Shown in pieces: positions 1 through 7,907 of a DNA stretch of 20,000 nucleotides. Source of the stretch: an uncultured Gemmatimonadota bacterium (GTDB taxonomy: Bacteria; Blakebacterota; Blakebacteria; Blakebacterales; Blakebacteraceae). How positions within the stretch are numbered: position 1 is the stretch's first letter; each line of letters starts with the position of its first letter. A program made the translations under genes and the position numbers. The stretch spans positions 50,956 through 70,955 of the forward strand of contig CAZNUA010000016.1 of the NCBI GenBank assembly GCA_964576115.1. Reading direction: 5' to 3'. Below the pieces are notes generated by a model. That model was not told where the DNA came from and did not search any database. It saw only the letters and a program-made list of their open reading frames with translations.

Positions 1-3000
1 GATACCACCTTCATCGATATTGACAACCGGGCCCCGCAGTGGATTGACGCCGAAGGGACGAGCGGAGACTCTACCTTCACCTTCCGGTTCGACGAACTGG
101 TGGCTGACACCTCGGCCACGGATATCGACAACTACTCGCTGAGTGGCGGATTGACCGTCGCCAGTATCAGCGGCAGTGATGACGATACCTGGGTGACAAG
201 AACCCACGAGGCTGCAGGTACAAACGGGGCGATGGCCGGGGTGATCGATGGCCTTCTCTATGTCGCAGGTGGATTGGATGGAGCATCCAACGATGTACTA
301 GAGGCATATGATCCCGTGAGTGACAGCTGGACGGTTAAAGCCTCGATGCCCACCGGCAGACGTTCGGCGGCGGCAGGTGTGATCGATGGAAAACTCTATG
401 TCGCAGGTGGAAACATTCCCGACCTCACGACTATCCTGGAAGTATACGATCCATCGACTGACAGCTGGATGACACGGGCTCCATTGCCATCGGCCAGAGA
501 ATTCGCGGAAGCCGGAGTCATTAACGGGAAACTCTACGTCGTAGGAGGAACAACGTTTAGTTCGGTACTTCTCGCCGACCTCGATATATACGATCCCTCG
601 ACGGACAGTTGGTCAACCGCGACACCCATGCCCACAGCCAGACGCGAACCTGCGGTAGGCGTTATCGACGGCAAACTGTACGTTGCGGGAGGGTATACCG
701 GCAGCGCACAAACTGCCACGCTGGAAATATACGATCCCTCGACGGATAGCTGGACAACTGCGGAGCCCATGCCCACGGCCAGAGATTGTGCGATTGGGGG
801 AGTCATTGACGGGAAGCTGTACGTAGCAGGTGGGGGGCTCAGTGGCAGTGACCTGAACACCCTGGAGGTTTACGATCCCGCGACGGATAGCTGGTCGATC
901 AAGTCTTACTTGCCAGCCGCGATATCCTTGTCGACTGGTGGAGTGATCGACGGCAAGCTCTATACCATCAGTTCTTTTGGAACGGAAGTATTTGTATACA
1001 CCGCCCTCCCAACAATCTACGAGTTGACGCTCACCAGCGGCCAGACGCTGTCATCAGCGGAGCCGCCGGTCACGCTGACAGCAACGAACATTGTCGATCT
1101 CTATGGCAATACCGGGGCATCCCTGGACACGATCTTCACTCCGGACGATCCGAACCGGCCGGGTATCGTACTCTGGCAGCCGGGGGGGATGCAGAGCGGT
1201 AACATCACGGTTCCCTACACCATCTCCGATCCGGAAGGCAGCGACATCGGTCTGCTGGCGCAATACTCCACCGATGGCGGCTCAACCTGGCTGGCGGCCT
1301 CGGTCAGCGGCGACACATCCGGAATCGTGTTGGACGACTACGATTCCAGCCTGACCTGGCAGAGCGGGACCGACCTTCCCGATCAGGCCCTGACCTACGC
1401 CGTTCAGTTCCGCCTCACACCTCATGATCCCGGTGGCTGGGGCACATCTGATATCACCCTTATCGATATCGACAACCTGGCGCCGCAGGGATTCTCCGCC
1501 ACCGGAGATGCCGGTGACACCACCATCACCTTCTGGTTCGATGAACTGGTCGACCGGGATACCGCGACCGATCCGGCGAACCTGGCTCTCAGCGGAGGAT
1601 TGACCGTTGAGAGTGTCGTCATCCAGGGGGCGTTCGAGTGGTCTACCCTCCAGCCGATGCCGGAACGCAGGTGGAGCGCGGTCACGGGTGTCATCGACGG
1701 CAGGCTGTATGTCGCGGGTGGCAATGATGCCTTCAATACTCCCACCTCGACCCTCTACCGATACGATCCCGGGGCTAAAACCTGGGCGACCCTCACCCCG
1801 ATGCCTACCGCCAGGGAGCGGGCGGTCGGGGGTGTGATCGACGGGAAGCTGTATGTCGCAGGCGGGACCAACCAGAGCGGATCTGTGCACAAACTCGAGG
1901 TCTACGATCCCGCGACCGACACCTGGACCACCAAGACGTCCTTGCCACAGGCCTTCTGGCATTCAGTCGCCGGTGTCATCGATGGCCGACTCTATGTCGC
2001 CGGAGGCCAGGATGGGGCCGGTGGGGCGGTGAACGATCTCATCGTCTACGACCCCGCGGCCGACGCCTGGTCGACGTTGACCTCCATGCCGACCGCCAGG
2101 AGCGATGCGGTTGCAGGCGTCATTGACGGCAAGCTGTACGTGACCGGAGGCCAGACAAGCACATCCAATTACGTCGCACAGCTGGAGGTATACGATCCCT
2201 CCATCGACAGCTGGTCGATCCTGATACCGATACCCACCGCCAGAGACAATGCCGCCGCCGCGGTCGTGGACGGACGACTCTATGTGGCCGGCGGATGGGA
2301 TGATTCCGGGGACAGGGCCGAACTTGAAGTCTACGATCCCGTTTCGAATACCTGGACTGCTCAGACACCGATGCCGAATCCCGATCGGCATTCGGCGGCG
2401 GCTGGAATAGAGGGGATCCTCTATGTCGTGGGTGGCGAGAGCAATGATCCTGCCACCCTTGAGCAGTACACTGCTCTGCCCACAGGTTTCGAACTGACGC
2501 TTTCAAGCGGTCAGGTGCTCCCCGACAGTTCCACGGCAGTGACGTTGACCGCCTCGAACATCTCTGACATCTACGGCAATACCATCGCCACCCCGCTCGA
2601 TACCACCTTCAAGCCCTATTTCTACGATCCCAACCGCCCGACGGTCGCGGTCTACGGACCAGCAGAAATCGTTCGTGGCGACATATCGATCGGATACGTC
2701 ATTGCCGATGTGGAGAACAACCCGGTCGGGCTGCTGGCTGAGTTCTCCACCGACGACGGTTCGAACTGGCAAGCGGCATCAGTCAGCGGCGACACTTCGG
2801 GCATAGAATCGGCAGATTATAATTCCAGCCTGGTGTGGCAGAGCGGAACGGATCTGCCCGATACGGATCTCACCTACGGGATCCAGTTCCGCCTCACTCC
2901 TCACGATATCGGTGGCTGGGGCACGGCCGATATCACTCTTGTCGATATCGACAACCAGGCACCGCAGGAGATCGTCGAAGCCGAAGGAGTGGTTGGCGAT

Positions 3001-6000
3001 ACCACCTTCACTTTCCGGTTTAACGAGCCGGTCGCCGATACATCCGTTACGAACACTTCGCATATATCCCTGAGCGGGGGCTTGAGCCTCGACAGTATCA
3101 CAGCGGGCGATGCCTGGTCGGTCGGCGCCGACATGACGACCGGCCGGTATAATGCCATGGCCGGCGTCATCGACGGGAGACTTTACGTCGTCGGAGGACG
3201 ATCCGAGACTTCGCCCCTCGATCAACTCTCAGTCTATGATCCGGATACAGATTCCTGGTCGACCGGGCAGGCCATGCCGACCGCCAGACACTCGGCCGCG
3301 GCGGGCATCATCGATGGTAAACTGTATGTAGCAGGGGGAGTTGACGATTCTTTCACGCGCCTGAGTGTGCTGGAGATCTACGATCCCGACACCAACAGCT
3401 GGTCAACCGGCACACCTCTACCCGATCCCACCGGCTGGCCGGCAGCTGGCGTTATCGACGGCCGTCTGTACGTCGTCGGCGGAAGCAGCAATGACGTCAG
3501 CTATCTGAATTCTACGCGGTGCTACGATCCGGCCTCGAATACCTGGACCGATCTGACCCCGATACCGACCGCCCGCTCCAGCGCCGCCACCGGAGTCATC
3601 GGGCGGAAACTGTATGTCGCCGGCGGAGAGGGCACATCGGGTGAATCAGCCAGCCTCGAAATCTACGATCCGGATACGGACAGCTGGGTGACGGGTACCC
3701 TGCTTCAGACGGCCAGAACGAGTGCCGCCGGTGGTGTGATTGGCGGCCGCTTCTACGTTGCCGGCGGATTCAATGGCAATGAGCTGGGCTCCCTGGAAGT
3801 CTACGATCCGGCCACGGATACGTGGGTGTTCCGGTCACCACTGCCGGAAACGCGGCGATTTGCCGCCGCCGGCGTCGTGGGCGGCACCCTACATCTGACG
3901 GGTGGATTGTCCTACGTCGACAATACCGATTCGAAATCCCACGTTGTCTACGACCCGCAGAACGCGTTCCGGGCCTCTCTGACAGGCGGCCAGGTGCTGC
4001 CACCCGCCGACACTCCGGTGACGATAACAGCCGTCGATATCTCCGATTACGCCGGCAACGCCATCACTTCCCCGCTCGAGTATACGTTCTACCCCACCCA
4101 CATCGATACTATCCGGCCTTCGATTACGCTGACCCAGCCGACCGGAATGCAGAGCGGGGAGGTGTCGATCCCGTTCCTCATTGCCGACGCAGACAGCAGT
4201 GCCGACGGTCTGCTGGCCGAATATTCAAGCGACACCGGCGGGACGTGGCAGCCGGCTACGGTCAGCGGCGATACCAGCAGTATCGCGTCCGTTGATTACG
4301 CCGGCAGCCTGACCTGGCTTTCGGGCACCGATCTGGCCGACCAGGAGAATAGCGGTGTCTGGTTCCGGGTCCGGCCGCACGACACGGTCGGGTGGGGCAC
4401 GCCCGATACGATCACGGTCGATATCGACAATCGGGCCCCGCAGTGGGTCGATGCCCGGGCCGTCGCGGGCAGCGACTCCTTCGAGTTCTGGTTCGATGAG
4501 CCCGTCGTTGACGCCCGGGCGTTGAACACCGGCAATATCGCAATCTCGGGCGGGCTCACGATCGATACGATCGAGAAGGTACCCAACTGGGTCGTTGAAG
4601 AAGAGAACATCCTCTGGCGCGCCGACCCCGCAGCCGTGACGGTGGGAAGGAAACTCTACCTGATCGCTGGTGAAGGAAAAGATGGTGAACCCGCCACCCG
4701 CAACAGCATGGAGATCTTCGATTTCGATACCGGCCGGTGGGAACTCCGCAGCGGGTACCCCTTCGATCTGGGGCACGCCTGGGCGGTCGCGGTCGGGAAT
4801 ACGATCTACATGGGTGGTTATGAGGACCGCTTCTACAAATACGATATCGGGAGTGATACCTGGACACAACTGACGGCCGTATCAGGAATCGCTTTCAGCG
4901 CGGTGGCCGTCATCGACGGTCTGATCTATGTCGCCGGTGGGGATGAATTTGGCAGTGGCGCCGTGGGAACTCTGCGCATCTTCAACCCGGTCTTGGAGAC
5001 CTGGTCGTACGGGAGTTCCATGGCGGAAGCCCGAGAATATGCGGCGTATGGGGTTATCGACAACCGGCTCTATGTGGCGGGGGGTACCGGTAACGCTGGA
5101 GATCTGACGACTGCTGAAGTCTATGACCCCGACACCGATACCTGGGAGTACATCAGTTCTCTCCTCAGTCCTGAAGGCACCACCATGGGCTGGACTCTGG
5201 GCAACCGGCTGTTCATGGTCGGCAATGACACCCTCTGGGTCTATGATGCCCCGACTGATACGTGGTCGTGTGAGAGTGAAACCCCTCGTGATCGGGTTCT
5301 GCATGCCGTATCTGTCTTCGAGGGACGCGCCTATATCCTCGGCGGTTTCATTTCCAGTGGTCAGTTGCCCCTGGTCGATTCCTACGATCCGGTCACCCGC
5401 TACCGGGCTTTCCTGGCCGGCAGTCAGTTCATGCCGGAAAGCTCCCTGACGCTGACCGCTTCCAACATCAACGACCTGTACGGGAATGCGGCCGGTCCGC
5501 TTTTGACCGACTTCGTATCGAACGATACCAACGACGATCCCGAAATCGCCCTCACCCCGATCGACACCGAGGTCAGCGGTGACATCACCATCGCGTACAC
5601 CCTGTCCGATCTGGAGGGAGATGCGATCGATCTGAGCCCGCGTTACTCCTCCGACGGCGGGACCACCTGGCGGGTGATGTCGACCGCTTCCGACACCGCC
5701 GGGATCACCTCGGACGCCTACAGCGGCACGATCGTCTGGCAGTCGGAGAGTGACGAGCCGGGCAGCGACGTTTCAGACCTCCGGGTACAGGTCGCCACGG
5801 CCGATAACACCTTCGAGACCGGCGGCAGCGACGAGATCACCTTCCACCTCGATAACAACGCCGTGCCGGAACTCACCATCACCTCCAGTCCAACCTATAC
5901 GGCGGCGGATACGTCGTGGACGGTCGAATACACCCTCAGTGATACAGAATCTGACACCCTGTCGATCCTCGCCGAATACAGCCTCAACGACGGAGGCAGC

Positions 6001-7839
6001 TGGACCCCGGCTACCGTCACCGGAGATACTTCCGGCATCGTGTCCGCCGGATATTCCGGCAGCCTGAAGTGGCTGGTCGGCCGTGACGTGCCCGCACCCG
6101 GCGGCGACATGATCTTCAGGCTCAGGCCGCGCGACAACGATCCCGGGACTTCAGACAGCATCGAACTCACAGACTGGAGCGACAGCACACCGCACATCAC
6201 CCTCTCTACACCGGACGAGGGCGAATTGATCGGCGATGTAACGGTCGACTACCAGCTGGTCGATCTGGACAACTCCACCGTCGACCTGACGGCCGAGTTC
6301 TACAACCCCGGCGGCAGCTGGCAAACGGCCACCGTCACCGGCGCCCTCACCGGGATCGAGCCCGGCGCCTACACCGGTTCGCTCACCTGGCACTCGGCGA
6401 CCGACCTGGGCGGAATGGACGACGAGACCGCCTGGTTCCGGATCACACCGACCGACGGCAGCGGCGGTGTGGCCGACACACTCGTGGCGCATATCGACAA
6501 CAACGCCCTGCCGGTGATCGACCTGGGAGAACCTCTCGGCGGCACTTGGGCCCGGGATATCCCGGTCCACTTCACTCTGACTGATGCCGAGAACGACGTG
6601 CTGAGCCTGCACGGCTACTGGAGGAACGGATCGGGCGGAGCGTGGCAGCCGATCACATCGCTCGAGCCCACCACCAACCTGCAGCCCGACTCATACCCCG
6701 ATCAGGTTACCTGGCACTCCCTGACCGACCTCGGCTACGCCCACTACGACAGCATGCTGGTCAGGCTGGTCCCGACCGATATCGACACCGGCCTGGGCGA
6801 CGACGGTGATTACTTCGAGGTTTGCAACTACGTCGGCGACTATACCGGCGATATGTTGATCGGAGCGACCGACTGGGCTGTTCTGACCGCAGCCTGGAAC
6901 ACCCAGGACACCTCCCACGACATCGGTCCGGCGACCGGCACCCTGCCCTGGCTCACTCCAGTCGGTGACGGGCTCATCGACTTCGAGGATCTGGCGGTCT
7001 TCTCGATCATGTGGAACGAACTGGCGTCCGGCGGCGGAGCCGCCCTGACCAACGCCGCCGCGACCGGTGAAGCCCCTCAATCGCCACAATTCACCGGTCG
7101 ACCCCTTGGCGCGGGAAATGAACAACACCCGGTCGTCCTGCGCGCTCTTCCGCCCGAGGATCTCTGGGCCGAAGATGATGATCTGTCTGTCTATCGTATC
7201 GAAGCCACTGAGGTGAACAACCTGGCCTCGGCACGCGTTCTGCTACGGTACGATCCATCCCATCTCGAGTTCGTCGACGTTCAGGCCGGCGATTTCCTTG
7301 GCACCAGTACAGGCCGGAACCAGAGTCTCATCACTCTGAGGAAAGTCGACCAGAGTACTGGTATTATCGAGATGCTCATGGGACGGATCCAACCCGAGGA
7401 TCCCGCCGTAAGTGGCGGTGGTCCTCTCATGGAGGTACGGTTCCGCGAAAAGACCACCGCAGACCACTCCTTCGTTCTGGCTTACGATCTCTTCGATCCC
7501 ACTGCCGAACCGCTCGCTGCCTCTGTCTATCCGGCCGTACTGCAGAGTGTTCGCCGCCCGGATGAGTTCCAACTCCTGCAGAACTACCCCAACCCTTTCA
7601 ATGCCGAGACGATCATCCGCTTCGCCCTGCCGCAGGCTGAACGAGTACGCCTCGAGATCTACAACGTACGGGGGCAGATCGTACGGACCCTCATCGATCG
7701 CGAGATGGAACCGGGCTACCACCGTATCAGCTGGGATGGCCGGGCCGATGACGGCTACCGGGTTGCCTCGGGGATTTATATCTATCTGATCCGGACCGCC
7801 GCGAACCGGCAGTCACGCAAACTCACGATCATCAAGTAA
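1..7839 (+). CDS. Giant secreted/surface multi-domain protein, 5'-truncated: (Ig-like with inserted Kelch propeller + Ig-like) x4, further Ig-like domains, dockerin-like, cohesin-like, C-terminal FlgD-Ig/T9SS-type sorting domain
   Basis: Frame 1 is open from base 1 (DTTFIDIDNRAPQWIDAEGTSGDSTFTFRFDELV...) and matches the internal module junctions (IDIDNLAPQ, VDIDNQAPQ, VDIDNRAPQW). The GTG at 100 is therefore internal and the gene starts upstream. Kelch motifs (GVIDGKLYVAGG...LEVYDPxTDSW). C-terminal LLQNYPNPFN...IYNVRGQIVRTL...WDG...ASGIY...KLTIIK. Stop TAA 7837-7839. Confidence 0.93.
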   Translation, partial: DTTFIDIDNRAPQWIDAEGTSGDSTFTFRFDELVADTSATDIDNYSLSGGLTVASISGSDDDTWVTRTHEAAGTNGAMAGVIDGLLYVAGGLDGASNDVLEAYDPVSDSWTVKASMPTGRRSAAAGVIDGKLYVAGGNIPDLTTILEVYDPSTDSWMTRAPLPSAREFAEAGVINGKLYVVGGTTFSSVLLADLDIYDPSTDSWSTATPMPTARREPAVGVIDGKLYVAGGYTGSAQTATLEIYDPSTDSWTTAEPMPTARDCAIGGVIDGKLYVAGGGLSGSDLNTLEVYDPATDSWSIKSYLPAAISLSTGGVIDGKLYTISSFGTEVFVYTALPTIYELTLTSGQTLSSAEPPVTLTATNIVDLYGNTGASLDTIFTPDDPNRPGIVLWQPGGMQSGNITVPYTISDPEGSDIGLLAQYSTDGGSTWLAASVSGDTSGIVLDDYDSSLTWQSGTDLPDQALTYAVQFRLTPHDPGGWGTSDITLIDIDNLAPQGFSATGDAGDTTITFWFDELVDRDTATDPANLALSGGLTVESVVIQGAFEWSTLQPMPERRWSAVTGVIDGRLYVAGGNDAFNTPTSTLYRYDPGAKTWATLTPMPTARERAVGGVIDGKLYVAGGTNQSGSVHKLEVYDPATDTWTTKTSLPQAFWHSVAGVIDGRLYVAGGQDGAGGAVNDLIVYDPAADAWSTLTSMPTARSDAVAGVIDGKLYVTGGQTSTSNYVAQLEVYDPSIDSWSILIPIPTARDNAAAAVVDGRLYVAGGWDDSGDRAELEVYDPVSNTWTAQTPMPNPDRHSAAAGIEGILYVVGGESNDPATLEQYTALPTGFELTLSSGQVLPDSSTAVTLTASNISDIYGNTIATPLDTTFKPYFYDPNRPTVAVYGPAEIVRGDISIGYVIADVENNPVGLLAEFSTDDGSNWQAASVSGDTSGIESADYNSSLVWQSGTDLPDTDLTYGIQFRLTPHDIGGWGTADITLVDIDNQAPQEIVEAEGVVGDTTFTFRFNEPVADTSVTNTSHISLSGGLSLDSITAGDAWSVGADMTTGRYNAMAGVIDGRLYVVGGRSETSPLDQLSVYDPDTDSWSTGQAMPTARHSAAAGIIDGKLYVAGGVDDSFTRLSVLEIYDPDTNSWSTGTPLPDPTGWPAAGVIDGRLYVVGGSSNDVSYLNSTRCYDPASNTWTDLTPIPTARSSAATGVIGRKLYVAGGEGTSGESASLEIYDPDTDSWVTGTLLQTARTSAAGGVIGGRFYVAGGFNGNELGSLEVYDPATDTWVFRSPLPETRRFAAAGVVGGTLHLTGGLSYVDNTDSKSHVVYDPQNAFRASLTGGQVLPPADTPVTITAVDISDYAGNAITSPLEYTFYPTHIDTIRPSITLTQPTGMQSGEVSIPFLIADADSSADGLLAEYSSDTGGTWQPATVSGDTSSIASVDYAGSLTWLSGTDLADQENSGVWFRVRPHDTVGWGTPDTITVDIDNRAPQWVDARAVAGSDSFEFWFDEPVVDARALNTGNIAISGGLTIDTIEKVPNWVVEEENILWRADPAAVTVGRKLYLIAGEGKDGEPATRNSMEIFDFDTGRWELRSGYPFDLGHAWAVAVGNTIYMGGYEDRFYKYDIGSDTWTQLTAVSGIAFSAVAVIDGLIYVAGGDEFGSGAVGTLRIFNPVLETWSYGSSMAEAREYAAYGVIDNRLYVAGGTGNAGDLTTAEVYDPDTDTWEYISSLLSPEGTTMGWTLGNRLFMVGNDTLWVYDAPTDTWSCESETPRDRVLHAVSVFEGRAYILGGFISSGQLPLVDSYDPVTRYRAFLAGSQFMPESSLTLTASNINDLYGNAAGPLLTDFVSNDTNDDPEIALTPIDTEVSGDITIAYTLSDLEGDAIDLSPRYSSDGGTTWRVMSTASDTAGITSDAYSGTIVWQSESDEPGSDVSDLRVQVATADNTFETGGSDEITFHLDNNAVPELTITSSPTYTAADTSWTVEYTLSDTESDTLSILAEYSLNDGGSWTPATVTGDTSGIVSAGYSGSLKWLVGRDVPAPGGDMIFRLRPRDNDPGTSDSIELTDWSDSTPHITLSTPDEGELIGDVTVDYQLVDLDNSTVDLTAEFYNPGGSWQTATVTGALTGIEPGAYTGSLTWHSATDLGGMDDETAWFRITPTDGSGGVADTLVAHIDNNALPVIDLGEPLGGTWARDIPVHFTLTDAENDVLSLHGYWRNGSGGAWQPITSLEPTTNLQPDSYPDQVTWHSLTDLGYAHYDSMLVRLVPTDIDTGLGDDGDYFEVCNYVGDYTGDMLIGATDWAVLTAAWNTQDTSHDIGPATGTLPWLTPVGDGLIDFEDLAVFSIMWNELASGGGAALTNAAATGEAPQSPQFTGRPLGAGNEQHPVVLRALPPEDLWAEDDDLSVYRIEATEVNNLASARVLLRYDPSHLEFVDVQAGDFLGTSTGRNQSLITLRKVDQSTGIIEMLMGRIQPEDPAVSGGGPLMEVRFREKTTADHSFVLAYDLFDPTAEPLAASVYPAVLQSVRRPDEFQLLQNYPNPFNAETIIRFALPQAERVRLEIYNVRGQIVRTLIDREMEPGYHRISWDGRADDGYRVASGIYIYLIRTAANRQSRKLTIIK
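190..999 (+). repeat. Kelch beta-propeller 1 (6 blades, about 47 aa / 141 nt period)
   Basis: Six GVI(D/N)G(K/L)LY blade starts, five followed by VxGG...YDPxxDSW; the last blade is degenerate (LYTISSFGTEVFVY). DNA 586-612 and 727-753 match at 25/27 nt. Confidence 0.9.
1639..2472 (+). repeat. Kelch beta-propeller 2 (6 blades)
   Basis: Six blades of the form MPTARxxAxxGVIDG(R/K)LYVxGG...YDP...W. Confidence 0.9.
3115..3957 (+). repeat. Kelch beta-propeller 3 (6 blades)
   Basis: Six GG-containing blades with YDPDTDSW/YDPDTNSW/YDPASNTW/YDPATDTW endings. Confidence 0.9.
4588..5391 (+). repeat. Kelch beta-propeller 4 (6 blades, more divergent)
   Basis: Blades KLYLIAG...FDFDTGRW, TIYMGG...YDIGSDTW, LIYVAGG...FNPVLETW, RLYVAGG...YDPDTDTW, RLFMVG...YDAPTDTW, RAYILGG...YDP. 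Confidence 0.85.
6835..7020 (+). other. Dockerin-like / paired Ca-binding loop-helix module
   Basis: Two loop-helix motifs, GDYTGDMLIGATDWAVLTAAW and GDGLIDFEDLAVFSIMW, resemble the duplicated DxxxDGxI-x2-D Ca-binding loops of dockerins. Confidence 0.6.
7180..7535 (+). other. Cohesin-like domain
   Basis: VYRIEATEVNNLASARVLLRYDPSHLEFVDVQAGDFL...VSGGGPLMEVRF fits the cohesin pattern (L-x-YDP-x2-L-E-F...G-x-F-L ... SG-x-G-x-L-x-x-x-x-F). Confidence 0.65.
7561..7836 (+). other. C-terminal FlgD-Ig / T9SS type-A-like sorting domain
   Basis: YPNPFN, IYNVRGQIVRTL, WDG...ASGIY and a terminal KLTIIK are characteristic of this domain. Confidence 0.85.
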
Positions 7840-7907
7840 TCGCCCAGCCGGTTGCGATCTACTTGCTGCAGAGGCAATGGCAGTGATTTAGGACGATGAG
7901 CGTAGCC

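Larger units (their letters stand above)
13..5856 (+). repeat. Four tandem ~1.45 kb (~485 aa) super-repeats inside the giant CDS
   Basis: The junction motif xDIDN/FHLDN has its D-N codons at 22, 1471, 2950, 4426 and 5851 (periods 1449, 1479, 1476, 1425 nt). DNA 1405-1476 vs 2884-2955 matches at 63/72 nt by manual count. Confidence 0.85.

Noticed and set aside
100-102. GTG at 100 as the start of the giant protein
   Set aside because: The frame is open to base 1, the upstream residues match the internal module repeat, and there is no signal peptide or RBS. The real start lies outside the window.
190-5391. Diversity-generating retroelement or CRISPR-like explanation for the repeats
   Set aside because: No reverse transcriptase or cas gene, no near-identical TR/VR pair differing only at adenines, and no identical spaced repeats. 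The repeats are in-frame protein repeats with synonymous divergence.
7840-7907. Terminator between the giant gene and the kinase
   Set aside because: Only 4-5 bp stems (ATCGC/GCGAT, TTGC/GCAA) and no U-tract. Too weak to call.
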